Program-made: the position numbers and the translations under genes
Shown here: one piece after another, positions 32,469 through 42,100 of the stretch
How the letters are laid out: each line of letters begins with the position of its first letter
How positions within the stretch are numbered: the first letter of the stretch is position 1
Source: Andalucia godoyi And28
Taxonomy: Eukaryota; Protista; Jakobida
Length of the DNA: 64,000 bases
Assembly (NCBI GenBank): GCA_009859145.1
Contig: VRVR01000023.1
Location: 139,544-203,543 of the forward strand
Reading direction: 5' to 3'
The notes under the pieces: generated by a model
Seen by the model: the letters and a program-made list of their open reading frames with translations, nothing else
Told to the model about the DNA's origin: nothing
Database searches by the model: none

Positions 32469-32500
32469 AGGACAAGGAACGGCGGCTTGGAAAAGGTTAA
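31706..32500 (+). CDS. PACS-like N-terminal (C2-type) domain protein with Asp-Arg repeat tail
   Basis: FELHYRHHIKGDSEEVLHIALQKKRK...KTIASASFSLQEVL resembles PACS FSLQYPHFLKR..LQIMLQRRKR. Confidence 0.55.
32365..32478 (+). repeat. Coding hexamer repeat (GACAGG/GACAAG)n encoding a DR/DK dipeptide tract
   Basis: Tandem repeat read directly. Confidence 0.95.
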
Positions 32501-32715
32501 GAACTTGAACAAAAAACAATCAACAAGACGTGGTTTGCAGTTGTGCTGCACAGGTCAGCAAGGCTACAAAACAAACAAGGCGGTGGTGCCAGGTAGTTGT
32601 TGCTGCCGAGCGATTTCTCATTCATGGAAACCACATTGTCGCAGAGCAATGAGGGAAACAGGAAGGAATATTAAATTTAAACACACGCATGCACACACAC
32701 ACACACACACACACA

Positions 32716-32751
<36 letters not shown>

Positions 32752-32858
32752 CACACACACGCACATAGAAAGTATTGTACAATATACGAGGCCTCGATCG
32801 AGAAACAGTAAGTGAATTGCGGGCCAGTGCACGACGGGCAGCACACCAGTGCTTCCAA

Positions 32859-34667
32859 TCACCGATTGTTTTTCTTTCCTTTGATATGGGCCTGAACTCT
32901 GTTCTGTGCATCAAAATGTCCCCGCATCTCGCGATCGTCGCGCTCTTCTTGGTTCTGCGGCCTCGACACCTCAATGTCGCCCGCCGAGGAAGCAGACGCC
33001 GCCCCGTGCACAGGGACGGATGTAGGGGAGGAGGACGCAGCAGTGGATCCCAGTTCCGCGACATCGACAAGATGGACTCTATGCTGCTTACCTTCTGCAA
33101 TACGCATGCTGGCGTTCTTGCGAACAGATTCCTCAGTCCACCAATCGCTGATATCCTGTGCCACAGGAGGAGCATAGGCATCCGCAAGGGATCCTGCAAC
33201 ATAGTCCTTCAGCAAAAGACGAGAAACCCGCGGCTCATCAGGACTGCCGCGAGCGTTCATGAAGCCCCTCAGAGTTCCAAAGGACTGCATGACCTCCGTC
33301 GCAGAAGCATACACCCATTTCTTTGTTGGTTTTCCTTCTTCATCCAGCTCGTGCGCGCCATTCACAAGAGAAGGCATGACGCAGCCGTACTTTTGTTGGA
33401 AAACCACCGCAGGAAGGCGATTGGCCACAATGGTCATCGGACCGATGTGGTCTCGCATCTGATCGATGGGTAAAATTCCTCCACAAACCAACATTGCTTT
33501 GGTTGCACATGCAGTCGGGAACACAAGACCCGGGCAATCACAGAGCATAACATTGGGTGATAGCTCTAGAGTCTGCAGATGCTTGGTTTTTCCAGGCTGC
33601 GCCGCAACGCCAACACGTTTGGATCTGCAAAGTGCATTGATTGTCGACGACTTTCCAACGTTCGGGAAACCAACCATGCCAACAACCAGCTGCCCAGGCT
33701 TTCTTCCTGTCAAGTTCGAAATGGGCTTTGTAGAATTTGCGGCAGTTTCGTGCTGAACGAGATCCATGTCCAGTTCCAACCAATCAAGCAGTTGGTCGAT
33801 TTCCGTAAGAGATTCAACGTCATTGTCCTGCGCCTTGAAGTCCGCAAGCTTCTGTTTGGAATGCACAATATCCGATTCCGAATGCTGGTCAACCACTGCA
33901 AACTTTGGTTGATGCTTCACTGCGGAGAAATAGCGATACGGCAGCCGGTATGCTTCTTCAATGTATTTCTCCCATGTTTCTCTTTGGGCGTCCGACAGCA
34001 CATCTGCCTTGTTCATCAGCAACTTGACACGCTTTCCATGCTTGAGAGCATAGTCGACCAGGTCCTTTGAAAAGTACAACAGCGGATTTCTCGCATCCAA
34101 AATATGCACAATCACGTGCGACCGTTCGACAGTTCTCCACAGCTGTTTCCACACCTCAATGTTCTTTTCGTATGGCGTAACCTCGACATCTGGTCGATCC
34201 TCTTCGATCTTTGCAACTTCTCTTCTCCAGTCCAAAAATGCTTCCTTTTCAAGTGCGGCAAGCTGTTCTTTTGTCATGGATCTGTCCCACTTCGGCCTCT
34301 TTGGAATCGGAAGGACCAAATCATACACCAAATTCGTCGTTCTTGCAGACTTCTCAATCACCATCGTCGATCCAAACTGCGCAACCAGCTCCGCTTGCCC
34401 AAGTCTCGATGCCTCATAAGACCGCTCTTCAAAATCAAGCATGTCCAAAAAGTCATCCATATGCGTCGCTTCCACAACACTCATCATTTTCTTTGATTTC
34501 GAATCCAACCCAACATTCGCACTTCCCGCATACTCCAGCTCAGGATCAATCTGATGACGCTGTGCATACTGCGAATTCAAAAACTTGCCTTTTCGCTGCT
34601 GCTCACGCGCCTTAATCAGCGACTTTCCAAGCGTCGAGTCGCTCCTTTGCTTTGACTTTGGAGGCAT
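32859..34667 (-). CDS. LSG1: Large subunit GTPase 1
   Basis: TPYEKNIEVWKQLWRTVERS, DARNPL, NKAD, VGFPNVGKSS, GKTKH, DCPGLVFP. Confidence 0.95.
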   Translation of the reverse strand: MPPKSKQRSDSTLGKSLIKAREQQRKGKFLNSQYAQRHQIDPELEYAGSANVGLDSKSKKMMSVVEATHMDDFLDMLDFEERSYEASRLGQAELVAQFGSTMVIEKSARTTNLVYDLVLPIPKRPKWDRSMTKEQLAALEKEAFLDWRREVAKIEEDRPDVEVTPYEKNIEVWKQLWRTVERSHVIVHILDARNPLLYFSKDLVDYALKHGKRVKLLMNKADVLSDAQRETWEKYIEEAYRLPYRYFSAVKHQPKFAVVDQHSESDIVHSKQKLADFKAQDNDVESLTEIDQLLDWLELDMDLVQHETAANSTKPISNLTGRKPGQLVVGMVGFPNVGKSSTINALCRSKRVGVAAQPGKTKHLQTLELSPNVMLCDCPGLVFPTACATKAMLVCGGILPIDQMRDHIGPMTIVANRLPAVVFQQKYGCVMPSLVNGAHELDEEGKPTKKWVYASATEVMQSFGTLRGFMNARGSPDEPRVSRLLLKDYVAGSLADAYAPPVAQDISDWWTEESVRKNASMRIAEGKQHRVHLVDVAELGSTAASSSPTSVPVHGAASASSAGDIEVSRPQNQEERDDREMRGHFDAQNRVQAHIKGKKNNR

Positions 34668-34931
34668 TCTGCTATTGCTCTTCTTCTTCTCCTCCACTCC
34701 CTTTTATCAAGTTCTTTTTTATAAAAAAATGAATAATGATATTGCTTAAAAAGAGAAAAAGAAAAGAAAAAGAAATGCAATGCAATACAACAGCAGACCA
34801 ACAGAATAGACAGAATAGACAGAATAGAGGACGGTTTTTGAATAAGGAATAAGCGCGATAAAAACAAAAGCCTCAAGGCCTCAAGTCGCCAATTCTCTCT
34901 CTCGTCTCTCTCTCTCTCAACCAATAGGTCA

Positions 34932-35334
34932 CTACTGCCAGTGCACAACGAAGCCCGTGTGCCGGATGTTATAGTCCAGCAGCGGCTTGTCATACTCGAC
35001 TTCCTGCCCGCAATACAATCTGCGCACATGCAACTACAGTCAGCGAAAAAGTCTGATTAAAAAACTTTCGAATGGGGAAAAAAAAACAGGACGCCCGCCC
35101 CCCAAACACAAACACAAATGGAGGAGGAAAAGCGGGGGGAGGAACATACAGTTTGGAACCGGATACATTCGTCATGACTGATACACGCTCTCGGATATCT
35201 TCGAATGTGTCCGTCTCTATAAACGGCACAAACACAACATTCTGCTTTGTCCGGACGAACACATACTTTTTCGAATCACTTTCCTTCATTTGAGGAATAA
35301 TCGTTTCAGAATTTGAAAGCGACACATTTTCCAT
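34932..35334 (-). CDS. Ubiquitin-like (Elongin B-like) protein, two exons (35334-35150; 35019-34932)
   Basis: GTATGT...GCTGAC...CAG intron 35149-35020; splicing gives SGSKLLYCGQEVEYDKPLLDYNI, a ubiquitin-fold C-terminus. Confidence 0.7.
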
Positions 35335-35582
35335 TTTATTTCCACCTCTCTTCTTGGCGTCTCCCCTGATTCGCAAAATTCAAAAAAATATATATAATAA
35401 ATGGAATTCTCAAAAGGAAAAAAAAACGTACATAGATATATAGTAAACCAGCAACGGCTCCAAGAAACGAGGAGAAATCCCCGATGTCTTCCTGTTTTAT
35501 TTTCGATCGCGCAGCTTGAGATTTTTTCTTCTGCATGTGTGTTTTGAAGTAAAGAAAAGAATACGAACTGTCTATTAAGAAA

Positions 35583-36533
35583 ATGGCATTGTTTCATAGG
35601 TTGATTTCAGAGGGAATGCAGCATTCTCCGAATTTCAAACGAAATCGAGCAGCTTTGCGGAATGACAAAACGGTAGGTTCTTCTTCTTCTTCTTCTTCTT
35701 CTTCTTCTGCTGCTGCTGCTGCTGCACCGGTATCACCATTACAATCCCCATCGTCGTCGGATCGGTTACCTCTTAGCCGATTTCTTGAGCTGCGAAACCA
35801 TCCAAAGCAGTCAGAACATGAAAATCAGGCAGATTTACCAAAATTTGTGAAAGCTTCCGAGTACAGAGATGCGCTGCAGTCCTCTACAGACTGGAGAACA
35901 GAGCCATCAATTCAGATTTGTACGCATTACACAACATACCTACCCATACTATACGACATGCAAGGAAGGCATCTGAACGTTCATTGCACTGTGAAGCTCA
36001 TGTCATGTGCAAGATGGTATCACTTGGAAAATCAGCAGGGAGCAAACCCGCGGCTGATGCTCCAAGTGGCCTTTGCAGACATGCCCAGTGTGTCATTTTC
36101 TGCAAATTCATACTCGAATTCACAGCTGTTTATCTCCGTATGTCCTTTCTTTTCTTTGCGACGTAACTCACTCGTTTTTTCAAAAGACTCCAGTTCAATT
36201 AGCAGTTTGACACTACAAGGAGAGCGCGTGTTTTCGATGCATCTCTCCCCGGAAAATTGCTGCGAGACTGAAACGATCCACATTTCCGAAGACGGCGAAA
36301 CAAAAGAGCAAAGGTACGGTGTATACAATGACGTGGTTGTGGAGTGGACAAAGGAACCGGCGTTTGACCTTGGGGCGGAACAGAATCCAAAGTGGATCCT
36401 TCAGTCCATTCGGTTTCACATTCCGTGCCGGAGAGTCATTGCATCTCTGTGCGACAGTTTGGCGTTGCAGCAACCGCTGCCAAATGCTTCTCCGATGGCC
36501 GAAGAGCAGAAAGTTGCAAACATTGCCGTGTGA
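35583..36533 (+). CDS. Hypothetical protein
   Basis: 316-codon ATG ORF; no recognised motif. Confidence 0.6.
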   Translation: MALFHRLISEGMQHSPNFKRNRAALRNDKTVGSSSSSSSSSSAAAAAAPVSPLQSPSSSDRLPLSRFLELRNHPKQSEHENQADLPKFVKASEYRDALQSSTDWRTEPSIQICTHYTTYLPILYDMQGRHLNVHCTVKLMSCARWYHLENQQGANPRLMLQVAFADMPSVSFSANSYSNSQLFISVCPFFSLRRNSLVFSKDSSSISSLTLQGERVFSMHLSPENCCETETIHISEDGETKEQRYGVYNDVVVEWTKEPAFDLGAEQNPKWILQSIRFHIPCRRVIASLCDSLALQQPLPNASPMAEEQKVANIAV

Positions 36534-36715
36534 TCTCGCGTGACCATGGCATTCTAGAAAGATAAAAAGAAAAAACAAACATCAGTTCAGCTTTTCTTTT
36601 TCTTCTTTTGCACGAGAAACTGTACAAGTCGTCGAACATCATCATCAGTATATACACACACACACACACACACACAGACACAGAGGGGGGAAGAGAGAGA
36701 AAGCGGTTTCAAGTT

Positions 36716-38596
36716 TCACGGAACAACGATACGGAACTTTCGAACAAGCGATCGTTTCAGATCGAGGTCCAACACATGCGAAACCACTTCTTTTTGAGCA
36801 CTTGAAGGCCGTTTTGCGCTCGCAGGTCGATGCTTCCCACCATCCGGCTTTGAAGACAAAGACTCCTGAGCCTTTGGACTGGACTCCGCTTCAGGGTCAG
36901 TCCCATCAACATGATTGGCTTCTGCATCGGGCTGGGGGGCTGTTTCCAGTTCATTCACAGCGGGCAGAGGAGCTTCACTCGCGGCGGAAGCCGGCGGCTC
37001 GGGTGCCGCAGAGAGTGATGCGTCAGCTTCCTGAACTCTCTGTTCCACAACGATCTCTCCAACATCCAGCTGTTCGACATCCGATCCGTCGCTGTCCTGC
37101 GCAATATGAACGGTTTGGAGCTGTGCAATCGAGCTGGATTTGCTCAACGGCGGTCGGTATTCTACGCGCGGGTGCGATCGCAAATATTCATCATAGTCAG
37201 CAAGTTCCTTTTCAATACGCGCAATAAAGGTCATCTCGGACTTGTTTGGGTATCTCGAAGACGCCGGCCCGGAAGGAAAGCGAAGGAGCGCCATCATCCG
37301 AAGCTTATCGGCAGCTCGCTGCCTCACTTCAGCTTCCGAATGCTCGAATTTCTGGAACTTCTCTTTGAGATTCTCGGACAGTTGCACAGACCTTTCCATT
37401 CGCTGCGCTTGGAATTGCGCAGATCTACGCCTTTCCGCCTCGAAGAAGTGGGACCGCCGCTCTTCTGGTTTGACAGCCACAGCCTTCTTATTCCACTCGA
37501 TTTTGTTGAACGATTCCTCATCAGTGGGCATACCGAGCTGTTCTGCAACGAGTTTCTTCATGGAACTCGTCCGTTCCAAGAACGCAGTCCGTTCTCGCTG
37601 CTTGGCCGCCTTTGCCTCTGCTGCTTTCCTGAGCACCTCTTTTCTATATGGCTCGTCTGCGAGAGCCTTGTTCAGGTTCTCTTGGACTTCCTTCACTATT
37701 TCCTCCCTTTTCTTCGCCCGAGGCCTTGCGCTGTCGGAGTCATCCTCGTCAAACAGGTCAGCGCTCTTTGACCTGCTTCGTTGCGTTGCAGATGACGGTC
37801 GCTGTTTGGCCTGCGATTTTTCCTTTGCAGCCGCCTCTGCAGCCGCAATCGCCGCAGCGGAAACACCCGAAACAACCATCTTGTGCGTTTCCAGCAACCG
37901 ATTAATGTCCAAAAGTGTCTGGTCAAAGCCAAACTGGCTGCTCCCACCTGCATAATCCACAGAAGACGCAGGTTTCCCGTCCTTGGCAGCCAACACACGC
38001 GGTGTCGTTCTCGGACTGAGTTTGCTGCTGTGGCGAGTCGTGACTGCCGCCGCTTCCAAAGCGGCATCCGCAGTGGTCAAAAACATGGACAGTCTCGAAT
38101 TTGCCCTGTGTGTCAACGTTGATACTGCCGGCGATTGCGGAGGCATCGATGCATGAACAGGGGATCGACTTGTAGCAGTAGCTTTAGCGCTTTCGAAGGG
38201 TTGCATCACAGCCTCGATTCTCTGATCGCGAACAGAAGTCGTGTTCGAGTTTGTGTCTCTCGGAGTCATTTCATTGCGAAGCGCCTTCATGTTCAGCGGT
38301 TGGACTTCCAGCTGCCGACGAGGAACTGCAGCAGATGCAACAAGCGCATTCAACGGAGATACAACACTTGCAACACTTGTGTTGAATCGATTGGTTCTAT
38401 TTCCAGGCGACACCGCAGACTTTGCGGATTTCGGAGTCATGGACTTTGGAGAAGATGCTGAAAAGGTGGATGGTCTCCGGCGGACGTCTGCTGTGAGGAC
38501 ATCTTGAAGATGCAGCATTGGAATCGCAGACGTTGTAGATGTAGACGACACCGACAGAGACGATGCAGCCCTGTCCATATCCACTCGAAAACTCAT
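36716..38596 (-). CDS. Hypothetical S/T/A-rich and coiled-coil protein
   Basis: 626-codon ATG ORF. Confidence 0.7.
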   Translation of the reverse strand: MSFRVDMDRAASSLSVSSTSTTSAIPMLHLQDVLTADVRRRPSTFSASSPKSMTPKSAKSAVSPGNRTNRFNTSVASVVSPLNALVASAAVPRRQLEVQPLNMKALRNEMTPRDTNSNTTSVRDQRIEAVMQPFESAKATATSRSPVHASMPPQSPAVSTLTHRANSRLSMFLTTADAALEAAAVTTRHSSKLSPRTTPRVLAAKDGKPASSVDYAGGSSQFGFDQTLLDINRLLETHKMVVSGVSAAAIAAAEAAAKEKSQAKQRPSSATQRSRSKSADLFDEDDSDSARPRAKKREEIVKEVQENLNKALADEPYRKEVLRKAAEAKAAKQRERTAFLERTSSMKKLVAEQLGMPTDEESFNKIEWNKKAVAVKPEERRSHFFEAERRRSAQFQAQRMERSVQLSENLKEKFQKFEHSEAEVRQRAADKLRMMALLRFPSGPASSRYPNKSEMTFIARIEKELADYDEYLRSHPRVEYRPPLSKSSSIAQLQTVHIAQDSDGSDVEQLDVGEIVVEQRVQEADASLSAAPEPPASAASEAPLPAVNELETAPQPDAEANHVDGTDPEAESSPKAQESLSSKPDGGKHRPASAKRPSSAQKEVVSHVLDLDLKRSLVRKFRIVVP

Positions 38597-38941
38597 TTCC
38601 CCTCAGCTCAGTTTCAGTTTCAGCTTTCAATTTCACTTTGGTTTCCTCGCTGCCTCCTCTCAACCCCCTCCGTCCTTCCTTATATCGTCCCCTCGTCCCC
38701 CTTTTCCGTTTGTAATGAGACACTCAGGAACAGAAACCGCGATAACTGAGAATCTCGAAAATCACCGGCAGCAACTTGGACATCCCGCTGTTCTTGGAGT
38801 CCCCGGACGTTGGGCAATGCTGACTTGTTGAGGCAGTCTGCTCATGCAGAAAACGACTGTACTGTACCCCTCCTCTTTTTGTTGTTGCTGATCGATCAGA
38901 TTTATTGTGGACCGACCCCTAACGACCGCTTGTTGTCCTGT

Positions 38942-38972
<31 letters not shown>

Positions 38973-39126
38973 ATGGGTGTTTCTTCTTCTTCTTATTATT
39001 ATTTTAAATAAATTAATATTAATTTTCCAACACACAAAAAAGATTATTCTTCCTTGAATTTTTCGTGTACGAGTAGATTCAGCAGCACGACACGACAAGG
39101 ACAGGAGAAGAAGAGGAAAGCCAAGG

Positions 39127-42100
39127 ATGCCCGCGACTTCACATCGCATTTATAAATTGTACGTGCGAATCGAAACTTCGTCGCACGTGGAAGCATTCGC
39201 ATTAACGGTTGACGATGCTTACTCTGTGTTGGAGCTGGTTCATTTGTGCCAGCGATTCTGGTCCGTGAACCATGCTGCATCAGAACCATGGTATTTTAAA
39301 TTAGTAAGGGTGATTGAGCTGGTTGGAAAAGACAGAATTTTGTTGTTTGCAGAGGATCTGAATCATCCTGCGATCACGCGGGTTACAGATCACCACGTCT
39401 TGGAACGAGTCCCCCTCTCCCGTGAAGTGTCGGCTGCGATTACGGACACGTCGGAAGACCGCTCGTCAAAGTTCAGGCTTTCCACAGAACGAAAAGCAGA
39501 TATTTTTGACTCTGCAGAGCTCAACACGCTTGTCATTCGGCTGTGTTCGCTGGATCTGAGTGCCCCATCGTCATGGAGAGCATGCCCCGTGTTTGCATCT
39601 GCAAGCACACTATATAGAGACAGCTCTAACTCTTTCCGTGTTGTTGATGCGTTCGTCGCGCTGCATACGCTGCTCGCTTCTCCTCCTTCTGCCGCTGCGA
39701 CGGTGCTGTCAAAGATTATGGAACGATTTGAAATGGTTTCCCCTCCCGCAGAAGGTCTTTCTTTTACAGAATCCCTGTTTTTTAATTGTGTTGTGCAGCC
39801 GGAAACAAGAATGAATATTCTGCGGATTTTGAAGAGGTGGATTCTGCAGTCTCCTGATTCTTTCTTATCGCTGGAAAATCAGGTTGCTGGCGACAGACTC
39901 CGAGAATTTCTCGAGTGCATAGCACCGCAAGAAACAGGTGACGAAGCAGGAGAGGAAGATGAACAGGAAGATTCGCAGAGCGCATTCAGAAAACGCGAAG
40001 ATCTGCGGGAGAATAACGACGTTGGTGTTTTTGCTCGATCGCTGCTGCAGTTGCTGAACTCTCTTCAAAAGTTCCACACGCCTTCTATTCAATCCGCAGC
40101 GCAGTCTCGTGTCTCTGGTGCCTCCTCCTCGTGGAAGCCGTTTTCGCTTGATACGGCGAAGGTGCAGACGGACGCGAAGGCCTACGTCGAGAAGGTGATC
40201 GAGCAACTGACGATCATGGATTGGGAGTTCCTGTCACAGGTGAATTCATATGAATGGACATTTTATGATCGGGAGAGGCTCTCGGATCCGTCTGCAAAGA
40301 ACATTTGCCAGTGCCTTCGCTTTTGGAAGAACGTTCAATGCTGGGCGGTGTTGTCTGTTCTTCAAGAGGCAGACTACAAGAGTCGTGCAAGTCGATTGCG
40401 TTTGTTGTTGGCGGTCTTTCGAGGCTTGAAGTTGATCCGCAGTTATAACATGGCATTTGCCATCTGGGCCGCGATTTACCACCCCAGCATTTCCAGATTG
40501 TCCAAAACCTGGGAGTCCTTGCGTAAGGATTCTTCCAAAGAACTCGAAGAAGCCGAGTATTTTCCTGTGTGGTATCAACGTGATGTCGTCGCCGCAAACG
40601 CAATCGAACAACCGTGTGAGCCACGAACAACACCAATGTCTATCGATGACATCACGCCAATTTACCATGCTCCCCTGAGTCTTGAAAGCGCGCATCAAGC
40701 ACTAGAAGCAACACCTGCATTTGTTGGAAAAGGAAATGTGCAGTCACAGGTCAACGTCGCGCGACTGGTTGATGTTCACCGCTGGCTGTATGTTTTCTCG
40801 TCCCCAGAATCTTCTCCGGCAACACCATTTGGAAGGCTAAGGTTCACAAAGCTGGTTTCCACAGCCCCGATTGACCATATCCTATTGTCCAATGTTGAGA
40901 AGGCTGGGAATACAGCCGAGGAAGACTTTCTGCAAACGTCTGCCAAGTTGGAGCCGGACGGGGATGGGTCTCATGCCTTATATGATCGGCTGTATATTCA
41001 TTCGTTGCTGTCTATTTTCAGAAAGGCACGCATTTCTGCAGATTCTTCCAGTAAGTCCATTTTGAAAGATGAAATCAAGGAGATTCTGCGGTTTGAAAGC
41101 CATTCACAGAGTTTATTCCAAGCAGATTTTGGCAATGTAGATGATGAAAACGAACCAGACCCAGAAGATGAAAAGGACCCGTATCTCATGATGCTGAAGT
41201 ATGCAGAGGTGGCATCGTATCTTCCAGTGGAGAAGTATGTTGCAATCGCTCCGTTGTCAGGTGATATGGATCTGCACCGTGACGTCACGGTATACTTATA
41301 CTTTAATCCTGCAAATGTTCGTGACGATCCATATGCAACGTGGAAGGACGTGTTGCAGAACAAACGCGAAGCGAGGAAGTTTCCCAATGTTGACCTTCGG
41401 ACGCCCGTGCGTGCTTTTGTAGAGAGGATTTTGTACGAGATGAAGCTCTCCGAGCCCGCAGCGGAGTTCATGCTGAAATGCATTGGGTGGCATGAATTTC
41501 TGTGTGTCGACACCGTTTCCCTGGCCGATTTTGATTCCGTCCGAACCATGCTCAAGAAGGACAAACCAGTACGCTTCTCGCTGTGGACTGTGCCACTGGT
41601 GATCTTTGCATCCTTGTATCCGTTGCTTCCTCGTTACATCGATCCTGAGAAATCGGCTGTCGATCTGGACAGTGTGCCGCGCAATCGAAAGTTACTTGTT
41701 GAACAGCTGCTATTCTCAAACAAGCGGCTCATTCCTTTTGTATCCCCGGCTTCTGCAAAAAAGGATATGGAAAGAGAGTCGACGAGGTGGAATCGGGCTT
41801 TTGATGCTGCCCGAAGCCTGTCGGCATTTCCAACTGCGCAACAAAAGCTGATTCCGAATAAGGATTTTCGTTTCCCTGCTTCGGCTGTCTGTTTTCCATA
41901 CGGTGCCCCGGGCTATGGAAAACTAGAAAATTTGTGGAAGGGAGCGTTTGAGCGGAGCGGAACGGACAAGAATGCCTCGATTCACACGTTTTCGAACATC
42001 CCCATCAAGTTCACAATTCGTACTGTTTCGTCCATTCCTCTCACTTCTCCGTGCTTTGCCTTTCTTACCGGTAAGAAGGATGGCTTGCAGTCACTGCAGA

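Noticed and set aside
32365-32478. CRISPR-like array
   Set aside because: Simple coding hexamer repeat without spacers; no CRISPR array seen anywhere in the window
38798-38816. AGTCCCCGGACGTTGGGCA resembles the RNase MRP CR-I region
   Set aside because: No GGGGCTYA-type P4 partner downstream
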